Positions 53,302 through 61,885 of a stretch of DNA of 64,000 nt are shown in pieces. The notes beneath the pieces were generated by a model. It saw nothing but the letters and a program-made list of their open reading frames with translations, was not told where the DNA came from and did not search any database. The translations under genes were made by a program, and so were the position numbers. This DNA comes from Patescibacteria group bacterium (GTDB lineage: Bacteria; Patescibacteriota; Patescibacteriia; UBA10025; JBIOWE01). The stretch's first letter is position 1, and each line of letters starts with the position of its first letter. The stretch is from the NCBI GenBank assembly GCA_044868145.1, contig JBIOWE010000004.1:333860-397859 (forward strand), given 5' to 3'.

Positions 53302-53412
53302 GTCAACCCCCACACCAATTTCAATTAATGTTTGATTGAAAAAGAGGAGGGTAGTTTGTGAAATGAGTTTCTTCTGAATGCGCTGATTGTTTTAAAATTG
53401 GTGTGGGGGTCA
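53302..53412. repeat. MITE-like repeat, family C copy 2 (opposite orientation to copy 1)
   Basis: gtcaacccccacaccaatttcaa ... ttaaaattggtgtgggggtca. Internally it is similar to the reverse complement of copy 1. Its right TIR contains the stop codon of the minus-strand gene at 53410. Confidence 0.6.
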
Positions 53413-54087
53413 TGCCGTTTTGGCCGGTTCCGGTGTTTTTGGCCTTACTGTTCGCAAACTTTCGTACATCATATATATGTAAATGACAACAAACGGCCCA
53501 AAGAGAAGCTCGAGAACATTTCCAAGCAGCGTCGAATATAGACCAATTGAGCCAATGATGAGTGAGATAATGCCAATAAGTACTAATCTCCCAAAGACCT
53601 CCCAAAACCGTCCTTTGACATAGGTGACGCTTTGTTTGATTGCTTGCCAACCGGTCTTCCCCTCTGTTACCACAATCGCCTGGCTAAAAATAAACCACAC
53701 AATCGCCACGATGCCGGGTACAATCAACAGGATGAGTCCAGCGAGAATAATGGCGGCCATGATTACCGATGTCAGTACCATGCTTGGCCATAACGTCCAC
53801 CCTTTTTTCCATAAGGCGGAAAACGAAGGAGGCATTGCGCGCTGTTGCAAGTAATAATAGTACGCTCCGGCTCCCCAAACAGACAATACGACTGAAACCA
53901 CAGACACGAAGATTGACCAATGATTGTATTGATCCGCGGTCACCAGATGGAAAAAAAATCCGAGATCGATCGCAAGAAACGGAGCAGAAACGACGATCGC
54001 GATAAGGACCAGCGTCTGAAAATGCTTTTTATACCACTGAATAGTATCGCGAATCAGTTGATTGATTTGAATAAATTGTTGTTCCAT
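53410..54087 (-). CDS. polytopic membrane protein of unknown function (about 225 aa)
   Basis: Start taken at MEQQFIQINQ (54087), just downstream of the htpX stop. It has 5-6 TM helices. Confidence 0.45.
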   Translation of the reverse strand: MEQQFIQINQLIRDTIQWYKKHFQTLVLIAIVVSAPFLAIDLGFFFHLVTADQYNHWSIFVSVVSVVLSVWGAGAYYYYLQQRAMPPSFSALWKKGWTLWPSMVLTSVIMAAIILAGLILLIVPGIVAIVWFIFSQAIVVTEGKTGWQAIKQSVTYVKGRFWEVFGRLVLIGIISLIIGSIGLYSTLLGNVLELLFGPFVVIYIYMMYESLRTVRPKTPEPAKTA

Positions 54088-54091
54088 ATTT

Positions 54092-54994
54092 TTAGCCCAT
54101 GTGTCGAAGCGCCGCGATTCGTTCCTCGATCGGAGGATGCGTTGAGAAGAGGCGAGCCAGTCCTGACATTGCTTTCGCACCGAAAGGATTCGAGATAAAG
54201 AGATGCGCTGTGGCGTTGTTCGCTCGTTGCATTGGCTGTTGTTCGCGTCCGATTTTTTCCAACGCCTTGGCAAGACCTTCTGGATAGCGCGTCAGCAAAG
54301 CGCCGGACGCGTCCGCAAGCAATTCTCTGCGTCGAGAAACTGCGAGTTTAATTAATTGCGCGATAATCGGCGAAAATATGAGCAAGACCAATCCGATGGC
54401 GAAGAGGATAATCTGTGCTTGACCGCCGCCCCGGTTTCCGCCGCCCCTCCCACCACCGATAAATCGGACGCGGAAAAACCAGTTCCCGAGCAGAGCCACC
54501 ACGCCGACAAGAACGAGGACGATCATCATCAACCGAATGTCGTAGTTTTTGATGTGCGAAAGTTCATGACCAATAACGCCTTCGAGCTCCTCGTTCTCCA
54601 ATTTTTCAATTGCGCCCGTCGTAATGGCGAGAGAAGCGCGCTTTGGGTCACGACCGGTGGCGAAAGCGTTAATGGCCGGGTCATTAATGATATAGACCCT
54701 TGGTACAGGAAGGCCGGATGCAATGCAAAGGTTTTCCACCATGCGATAGACATACGGGTTTTCATCTTTGGCGATCGGATGTGCGCCTGATGCCGCGAGT
54801 GCTATTTTATCGCCGGAAAAGTAGCTGACGAGCGTCATAACGAACGCGATCATTCCCGCAATAATCAACCCTGCATAGCCCGATTCCGACGTCTGGCCGA
54901 ACACCCAGCCCAAGAAGAGAACAAACCCTATGAATAATAGAATGAGTATAAACGATTTTCTCTTATTGGCACCTATGTAGGAATATGTCGTCAT
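54092..54994 (-). CDS. htpX: zinc metalloprotease HtpX (M48 family)
   Basis: 300 aa with HELSHIKNYD (HExxH), a Gly-rich GGGRGGGNRGGG loop and 4 TM helices. Confidence 0.85.
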   Translation of the reverse strand: MTTYSYIGANKRKSFILILLFIGFVLFLGWVFGQTSESGYAGLIIAGMIAFVMTLVSYFSGDKIALAASGAHPIAKDENPYVYRMVENLCIASGLPVPRVYIINDPAINAFATGRDPKRASLAITTGAIEKLENEELEGVIGHELSHIKNYDIRLMMIVLVLVGVVALLGNWFFRVRFIGGGRGGGNRGGGQAQIILFAIGLVLLIFSPIIAQLIKLAVSRRRELLADASGALLTRYPEGLAKALEKIGREQQPMQRANNATAHLFISNPFGAKAMSGLARLFSTHPPIEERIAALRHMG

Positions 54995-55022
54995 CGTGCT
55001 AATCTGTTAAACAGATAATCAG

Positions 55023-55394
55023 TTAATTGGAGGGCTTTTTTTGACGGATCGAGGTAATAAAGCTATTAATTGCCTTGGCCAGATATTGGTACTTGTCGTC
55101 CAGTTCATCAAAGGTTTTCTTATCAATGTATTTTAGCCCTTGTGCTGCGGAAAGATGGCTCCTTGTTTCTTCGACTGATCCGCGAGCTATAACAAGAAGT
55201 TGGATGCGATCTTGATAGCCGTACCGTCCATGACTTTCTGCAATATTTGCCATAATGGATAGGGCGGATTTTTTTAATTGTGCAGTCAGCAAGAAAGTCT
55301 CTTCTTTTGGAAATTGCTTGCAAGCATTATAAACCCTAAGCAGAAGGGCGTATGCTTCTTGCCAAATTCTCAAATCCCGAAAAGAGTCAACCAT
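55023..55394 (-). CDS. four-helix-bundle protein (TIGR02436 family), copy 2
   Basis: 123 aa. DLRIWQEAYALLLRVYNACKQFPKEETFLLTAQLKKSALSIMANIAESHGRYGYQDRIQLLVIARGSVEETRSHL matches the family. It is flanked by CCAATTAACTG / CCGATTAACTGG inverted repeats. Confidence 0.75.
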   Translation of the reverse strand: MVDSFRDLRIWQEAYALLLRVYNACKQFPKEETFLLTAQLKKSALSIMANIAESHGRYGYQDRIQLLVIARGSVEETRSHLSAAQGLKYIDKKTFDELDDKYQYLAKAINSFITSIRQKKPSN

Positions 55395-55437
55395 AAACCG
55401 TTTTGCCGATTAACCGATTAACTGGTTCGCTGATTCG

Positions 55438-56001
55438 CTAAAACTTCACCTTGACCGGTTCTCGTGCAGCACCTTCCGCCTCTTCCAGCTCAAAGAATTC
55501 GAAGGGTTTGAAGCCCATCATGCCGGCGATGAGTGAGTTCGGAAATACTTGCATCGCTGTGTTGAAGTCGCGGACATTGCCGTTGTAGAATCGACGCGCC
55601 GCCTGAATTTTGTTTTCCGTGTCCGATAGTTCGTCCTGGAGTTTTGCGAAGTTTTCGTTTGCTTTTAACTGAGGGTAATTCTCCGCCAGCGCGAACAGAC
55701 TTTTCAGTGCGCCGGACAGCATGTTCTCCGCTTGACCTTTTTCCCCGGCGCCTTGCGCGCCCATTGCTTTCGACCGAGCTTCTGTAACTTTATAGAACAC
55801 TTCCTTCTCGTGCGCCGCGTAGCCCTTTACCGTTTCCATCAAGTTTGGAATGAGGTCGTAGCGACGTTTGAGCTGCACGTCGATGTCGGCCCACGCTTCG
55901 TTCGTCTGATTTCGTTTCCGAATCAGGCTGTTATAAACGCCGACGAGCCAGAATACCACAAGGGCGATTGCAGCGAGGATGATCCATGTAACAGTTGACA
56001 T
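55438..56001 (-). CDS. lemA: LemA family protein
   Basis: 187 aa with an N-terminal TM and the LemA signature NSLIRKRNQTNEAWADIDVQLKRRYDLIPNL. Confidence 0.8.
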   Translation of the reverse strand: MSTVTWIILAAIALVVFWLVGVYNSLIRKRNQTNEAWADIDVQLKRRYDLIPNLMETVKGYAAHEKEVFYKVTEARSKAMGAQGAGEKGQAENMLSGALKSLFALAENYPQLKANENFAKLQDELSDTENKIQAARRFYNGNVRDFNTAMQVFPNSLIAGMMGFKPFEFFELEEAEGAAREPVKVKF

Positions 56002-56048
56002 ATTGTTCTTTTTCCTCGTTCACGATATTCGCGTGAACAAATTAATGG

Positions 56049-56528
56049 TTATTTGATATTGATAAGATAAATAAGATCCGCGTCGACGACAAGTTGTGCA
56101 TTTGCATTTTTCGACGACTGGACGATAACCGTATTGCCGTTATGCAGGTCCGCTTTCTGTACTTCGGTTGTTTGTGAATAAAACGCGTCCGTGTTGGTCC
56201 TCTTGTTTGTCGTATTGATGCGTACGATCCTTGTTGCGTTCGTTATGTTGACCGTAAATGAATAGGAAGTTCGCTTGGCAGTGGATGGATCGGTTACCTG
56301 CACTTTCACGGCTAACGCGTTATCGTTCACGTCGGTAATTTCTCCGCGCCATTGGTACATGGGTTGCTGCGTTTGCTGCGACGCTATGTAAGATTCTATG
56401 GTTTTAACCGTTTGTTCTTCATTCTTTTGCGATCGAATTTCAGTCAGAAGCAGCACAACGACCAAAGCGGCAAAGGTAATGAGGATCGTAATCTCCAATA
56501 AAAATTTTTTATTTTCTTTTCTTGACAT
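56049..56528 (-). CDS. hypothetical membrane-anchored protein
   Basis: About 160 aa from the ATG at 56528 (MSRKENKKFLLEITILITFAALVVVLL). Its start codon overlaps the -35 of the divergent promoter. Confidence 0.4.
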   Translation of the reverse strand: MSRKENKKFLLEITILITFAALVVVLLLTEIRSQKNEEQTVKTIESYIASQQTQQPMYQWRGEITDVNDNALAVKVQVTDPSTAKRTSYSFTVNITNATRIVRINTTNKRTNTDAFYSQTTEVQKADLHNGNTVIVQSSKNANAQLVVDADLIYLINIK

Positions 56529-56550
56529 TTTCAAGAAATCTTGGTACAAT
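56522..56550 (+). promoter_or_regulatory. near-consensus sigma70 promoter (TTGACA-17-TACAAT) for the first YVTN-propeller paralog
   Basis: ttgaca at 56522-56527, a 17-nt spacer, and tacaat at 56545-56550. Confidence 0.55.
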
Positions 56551-56637
56551 GAATCAGTACGAAAAACGGTTTCATGAGTTGATTATCACGTATTTTCGTG
56601 ATTCTGTCAATTTATTTACCATTTTAAAACAAACAGA

Positions 56638-59600
56638 AGTGCGGGAGAGACGAACAAAAGAAAAAACTGTATCAGCATGGGTGCGTGTTTCTCTCTTTTC
56701 TTCTTTTTTGATTGCCATAATCGTTTTCTTTTCAAGCGCTGGAGTCTCCGCGTTAATTCAAGAGCCAACCGACGTACCACCCGGAGACAACCTCTCCGGT
56801 TTTCTTGATGTTGGGCCATTGAGTCAGGCAAAGCGGGGCGCGCTTCGCCTCGGAAGCAACGTAACGTCCAGCACACAGCTTGATGTCAACGGGTCAGGGT
56901 ACCTCAATGCGCTGACCGTCGATCAGAATCTCACCGTGAATGGCAATACGCTTTTTGTTGACTCGCAAAATAATCGGATTGGACTTGGGACGTTGACGCC
57001 TGCGTATACGCTTGACGTCCTCGGGGGTGGCGTGAGCGTTACGACGCCAGTTTCCGGTGCATGGGGAGTCGCCGTCTGGAGCAGTGACCATGATGCTAGC
57101 TATGGAAAAGGCGCTTCTGGAATCCAAGCGACAAACAATCATGGTGACGGTTCCGGCGTGTGGGGATCGAGTGCATCCACATATGGTTTGTTTGGCGAAA
57201 GTACGAATGGTTCCGGCGTTATTGGTCGCGTAACAGGACTAGCCGGCGGATACGGCGTCTACGCGATGAATGCAAACGTCACAACAGGTTGGGCAGGATA
57301 TTTTACGGGACGTCTTTTTTCATCGAACGACGTGATTGGCCGCAGATTTTTGCCGGAACAATTGCAATCGTCGCTTGTGCCATTCGCGCAAGGCCAGGAA
57401 CTTTCCACGCGGAGCACGTATAATTTATACAAACCGCGCGATCTGGCATTCGACGGAACAAACATCTGGGTGTTGCGCGATCAATTCAGCGGCGAAGTTT
57501 CCAAAGTCCGTCCTGAAGACGGTTTGAAGCTTTCCGACGTTTTGCTTGATGATCCCCAAGGCCGCGAGCCAACGCGATTGATTTACGCCGCGAACTACCT
57601 TTGGACGTCGAATAAAAGCGGCACGAATGTGACGCGTATTGACCCTGCGACAAGCACGCAAACGCATTTTTCAACTGTACCGATTGGTGTCAACTGCGCT
57701 GATCTCACCCAATCGGAGGGTACGTATTATGTTGGTTGTAACCCGACTGCGCTGGTGTATGACAGCGCCACTGCGGGCGGCCCATATGTGTGGGTGTCGA
57801 GTTATACTGACCCGCAGCCGTCTAACGGTACGCTTGGCACGAGCAGTATTGTTCGCATCCGCTTGTCCGACGGAGTGCGCACAGGATTCCTTTTGCAAAA
57901 TTCGGGCAGCGTCCTCGGGGTGAATCCCGTGGCCATTGCGTTTGACGGAACAAATATTTGGACAGTCAATTTTGGCATTCACGGAAGTATCGGTACGCCA
58001 AATGCTCCTGTCACCTTGGCTGACAGCGTTACCAAGTTCCAGGCATCGGACGGTGCGTTCCTCGGGACGTTTTCGCTCGGTACGTGCAACTACCCCATTG
58101 ATATCGTTTACGAAAATGTAGGCAGTCGCCTGTGGGTAGTCTGCAATCAAATGCGTTCATGGGAGAATAATGTGATTCGTTTTAATCCATCTTCGAATGC
58201 CGCGGACGGGGCGTTTTTGTCTGGTGGAGATTATCCCAACCGCATTGCCGTGGACAGCATTACCTCGACCGGTCCGTATGTCTGGGTAACGCATCTCCAA
58301 GGCGTCTCGCGACTCAAAGCATCCGACGGATCTGTTGTGGGACCTTTTACAACGGGCGCAAGTCCCGGCGGGATGACCACGGAGAAAACGTACACGCAAG
58401 GTGCGACAACGTATACGTATCTCTGGACCGCCGATAATCTGTCCTATCAACTTTCCAAGTTCAAGTCGAGCGATGGTGTGCTACAAGGCAATTTTGTGAT
58501 CGAGGGAACCGAGGTCGCAGGAATGACTTTTGACGGAACATACGTATGGACCGCGAACAAAAATTCACGCACGGTCTTTAAAATACGCGTGGCTGACGGC
58601 CAACGGGTTGGCGCCTATACGCTGAATGCGCCGAGCCCACGCCAAGTGTTGTACGACGGTCAAAACGTTTGGGTAACACATTTTTACAGTTATACGCAAA
58701 CGTCAATTTCAAAATTGCGCGCGAGTGATGGCACATTACTCTTTGAAAAAGTATTGACACAAGCGCATGCTGATCCGAAAGGTATGTTCCTTGATACGGT
58801 TACGTCCGGTGGACCGTATGTATGGATCCTCGTGGCAGGTTGGGGTATTCCGAATGAAAGCCATCTTATCCGCTACAAAATTTCCGACAATAGCGAAACA
58901 CGTTTCAACCTGGGTCTCAATACCGCATTGAACCCCCAAGCGCCCGCAAGTATGGTATATGACGGGCAATATCTTTGGATAAGCGCATTCTATGATCCGG
59001 ATCCCAATACCATCAATACCGCGGGCGAGACGTCGAGCCTCGTTCGGGTAGATATTCAGAGTTGTTCAGGCTCATGCTCGATCTTCATAACAACTCCTCC
59101 GTCAGGCCATTACTTACCTCTCGGTATTGCATACGACGGTAAATATCTTTGGACCGCTAATTCTGGGGTAGGCAGCGTGAGTAAGTGGAATCCTAACGGC
59201 GATGGCACCGTAACAGAAATCGCTAATTATCCTGTGAATGTGGATACGTCGGCTGGCCAGCCAGTAGACAACCCGCGCCAAGTTGTTTTTGACGGAACGT
59301 TTGTGTGGGTGGGACTCACGAAGCGAATAGACACGAACAATTATCTTTCCATTCTCCGAGCATCCGACGGAGCAGTTGTTAAAAACAATATCCAGTATGC
59401 GAGCTACGTTTCGCCCGCGAGTTTTGCGTTCGATGGAAGTTTTGTCTGGCTCGGCGGGGATTATTTGAAGGGACTGTACAAATTTTACTCTGGTGCTGGA
59501 TATGGTAAAGAAATTATCGAAGGGGTGGTCCGCCTGCAGAACAGCGTACCGGGTGAATTGGACACTGGCAATATCAATGTGAGCGGAATAGGGACAATTG

Positions 59601-59782
59601 GCGGAAACGCGATTGTGGGCGCAAACGTCATCGCTTCGAGCAACGCATGGGGAGGCGCATCAGATACGCTTGTCAATGTCGCTGGACAAGGGACATATAA
59701 CTGTCCCGACGGTTATTTCGTTAAAGATATTGTGGTGGACGGGAGCAATAACCCGACGCAATTAAAATGCAGGCCATTGTAA
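56638..59782 (+). CDS. secreted tail-fibre-like / YVTN-type beta-propeller repeat protein, paralog 1
   Basis: Up to 1086 aa. The start is uncertain: the GTG at 56638 gives MRERRTKEK + hydrophobic signal-anchor, and the ORF-track start lies inside the promoter. It has an N-terminal Gly-rich repeat region (QLDVNGSGYLNALTVDQNLTVNGNTLFVDSQNNRIGLGT...), at least 9 repeats of the motif [AV]FDG[TSQK]x[IVL]W[VT], and the C-terminal tail CPDGYFVKDIVVDGSNNPTQLKCRPL. Confidence 0.6.
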
Positions 59783-59795
59783 TAACCATATCATG

Positions 59796-59822
59796 GTAGG
59801 TCGGGGCCAGGCTCCGACCTAC
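59796..59822. repeat. REP-like palindrome, copy 3 (GTAGGTCGGGGCCAGGCTCCGACCTAC)
   Basis: Near-identical to copy 1. It sits just upstream of paralog 2, and the ORF-track ATG at 59793 immediately abuts its GTAG. Confidence 0.65.
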
Positions 59823-59834
59823 GAAGTCACTGAA

Positions 59835-61838
59835 ATGCAAAAACGAATGAGACAAATGAAAGCTGTATACGCAAAACCCCTTGTTATTATGGGTATGGCT
59901 TCGGTCATAATCGGAATGTCGTTTATTTTACACGCGACGCAAGCCGCGTGGGTTGACCCCGGATCTCCTGCGCCGCAGGACAACATTTATCAGCTTATTA
60001 ATATTGGTTCAACTGATCAGGTACGACAAGGTAAACTGCTTCTCAGCCGAGATTATAAACCGGAAGAGACGTTAACGCTGAGCTACCCGCTTGAAGTTGT
60101 CGGACAGCCGCTTGCCACGGGGTTTAACGTGTCTGGTCTGCTTACCCTGGACGGAAATTTGATCGTTGACACAAACACACTGTATGTAGACAGCACGAGC
60201 AACCTCATCGGCATAGGCCTTGCTCCTGACCCTGCCTACAAGCTGACTATTACAGGTGGTGGAAACGGATTGCGCATCGGCGGCGGTTCAGGGGTCGCTG
60301 GTCCAGCATTGAACGTGAGCGCAGTTGGCAACAGTGCGATTTACGCAAAATCACTTGGGTCAACAGCGACGTACGCAGCGATCTTTGGCGAAGGTGTCAC
60401 GGGCGATGGAATCAACGGAATCAATAACTATGCAGGTGCAGTAACAACAAATATCCCCGCGGGCGCGCGAGGAGCCAACACTGGTGCCAGCCCTGGAGCG
60501 CCGGGAGTTCTTGGGACGACTGCAAGCGCAACTGGCGCAAGCGTGCGTGGTGAACTAACGGATCTAATGAACATCAACGGTTGGGCAGGCTATTTTGCCG
60601 GACGCGTGCGCGCGTCGTCGGACGTCGTTGGTAATAAATTTATTCCATCCGCGTTCCAACAATCCGTGCTTCCATATATCACCGATTATTCGCTGGGGGA
60701 TTACGCTGCGAGCACTTCCCCGTCTAGCCTTGCGTTCGATGGCAGTTCCGTTTGGGTGGCGAACGCTGGCTCGACGAACGTTTCCAAAATCCGCGCTTCA
60801 GACGGAAAAAAGATATTCGACGTGAATATGGGCTTTACCCCGCTCGACGTTGTGTTCGATGGCCAAAATGTCTGGGTATCGTATAACAACAGCGGTGGAA
60901 AATTGGCAAAGCTGAACCCGCAAGATGGTTCTATCGCACTGACGATTGATACCTCGCCGCGGTCGGACCTTCAAAATCTGCTCATTACGTTCGATGGAAC
61001 GCTGAAATATATTTGGGCAGCGTCGTCGAGCGGGAATGAGGTGCGACGGTATGCCGTTGATGGCAGCAGTCTCTGCTCGTATGGCACTAATCTCTCAAAT
61101 CCTCAAGGACTCGCCTACGATGGTACAAACATTTGGATAGCAAGTAGAAGCAACAATACGGTGCACCGCATTCAATCCAGTTGTGCGGTAAGCAATTTTC
61201 TCTCCGGCTCGAATCAAGTCGCCGTGAATGCGCCGAACAGACTCCTGTTCGACAACACGAATATGTGGGTGGTGAGTGACGCTGCGTCGGGAACGGGCAA
61301 CGTTACACGGATTTCATCGAGTGGCGCCACGACGTCTCACTCCACTGCGGTTGCAAGCGCGTTTGACTTGTCGTTCGACGGATCATTTGTCTGGATTACG
61401 CACAACAGCGGCACGATCGTTCGAATGAGCGCTCAAACGGGCCAGGCCGTCAAAACGTTCGATGCGAATGGCGCGTCCGCAAACAATGGCCGAGGTATTG
61501 TCTATGATGGCACATACATGTGGATTGGCTATGACGCTGGAACGACAATTTCAAAATACGTCACAGGAACCGGCTGGTCGCAGCCCGACCTTGCTGGCTA
61601 TCTTTTTTTGCAAAACGTTAGTCCATTTATTACGCAAACCGGCAGCTTCAATATCTCCGGCACTAGTGTTATCGGCACCTCACTGACTGTCGCGGGCAAT
61701 CTCGATGCGACGGCTAATACTTGGAATGGGATCGATGCAACACCTGCGCCGGGCAGCGGGTGTTTGAATGGACAATTCGTTAAAGGATTTACGTTGACGG
61801 GCTCTGGAATTGTGAATTTGATATGTAGACCATTATAA
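59835..61838 (+). CDS. secreted tail-fibre-like / YVTN-type beta-propeller repeat protein, paralog 2
   Basis: About 667 aa from MQKRMRQMKAVYAKPLVIMGMASVIIGMSF (signal-anchor). It has a Gly-rich N-region, FDG..VW repeats (LAFDGSSVWVAN, VVFDGQNVWVSY, LAYDGTNIWIAS, LSFDGSFVWITH, IVYDGTYMWIGY) and the tail CLNGQFVKGFTLTGSGIVNLICRPL. Confidence 0.6.
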   Translation: MQKRMRQMKAVYAKPLVIMGMASVIIGMSFILHATQAAWVDPGSPAPQDNIYQLINIGSTDQVRQGKLLLSRDYKPEETLTLSYPLEVVGQPLATGFNVSGLLTLDGNLIVDTNTLYVDSTSNLIGIGLAPDPAYKLTITGGGNGLRIGGGSGVAGPALNVSAVGNSAIYAKSLGSTATYAAIFGEGVTGDGINGINNYAGAVTTNIPAGARGANTGASPGAPGVLGTTASATGASVRGELTDLMNINGWAGYFAGRVRASSDVVGNKFIPSAFQQSVLPYITDYSLGDYAASTSPSSLAFDGSSVWVANAGSTNVSKIRASDGKKIFDVNMGFTPLDVVFDGQNVWVSYNNSGGKLAKLNPQDGSIALTIDTSPRSDLQNLLITFDGTLKYIWAASSSGNEVRRYAVDGSSLCSYGTNLSNPQGLAYDGTNIWIASRSNNTVHRIQSSCAVSNFLSGSNQVAVNAPNRLLFDNTNMWVVSDAASGTGNVTRISSSGATTSHSTAVASAFDLSFDGSFVWITHNSGTIVRMSAQTGQAVKTFDANGASANNGRGIVYDGTYMWIGYDAGTTISKYVTGTGWSQPDLAGYLFLQNVSPFITQTGSFNISGTSVIGTSLTVAGNLDATANTWNGIDATPAPGSGCLNGQFVKGFTLTGSGIVNLICRPL

Positions 61839-61844
61839 ATATTG

Positions 61845-61873
61845 ACCTTGGTCAGGGCGAGGCCCTGACCTAC
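61845..61873. repeat. REP-like palindrome, copy 4 (variant: GGTCAGGGCGAGGCCCTGACCTAC)
   Basis: Perfect 9-bp arms with a CTAC 3' end, sharing the GCC..GACCTAC architecture. It sits just upstream of paralog 3. Confidence 0.5.
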
Positions 61874-61885
61874 GAGCGTGCTGAA

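Noticed and set aside
56522-56637. ORF-track start of paralog 1 at 56522 (TTG) and the ATG at 56549
   Set aside because: The TTG is the -35 hexamer itself and the ATG overlaps the -10. A transcript from this promoter would start downstream of both. A GTG at 56638, giving a basic-then-hydrophobic N-terminus like the other two paralogs, is preferred.
59793-59834. ORF-track start of paralog 2 at 59793
   Set aside because: The first 14 codons translate the REP palindrome. The ATG at 59835 gives an N-terminus homologous to paralog 3.
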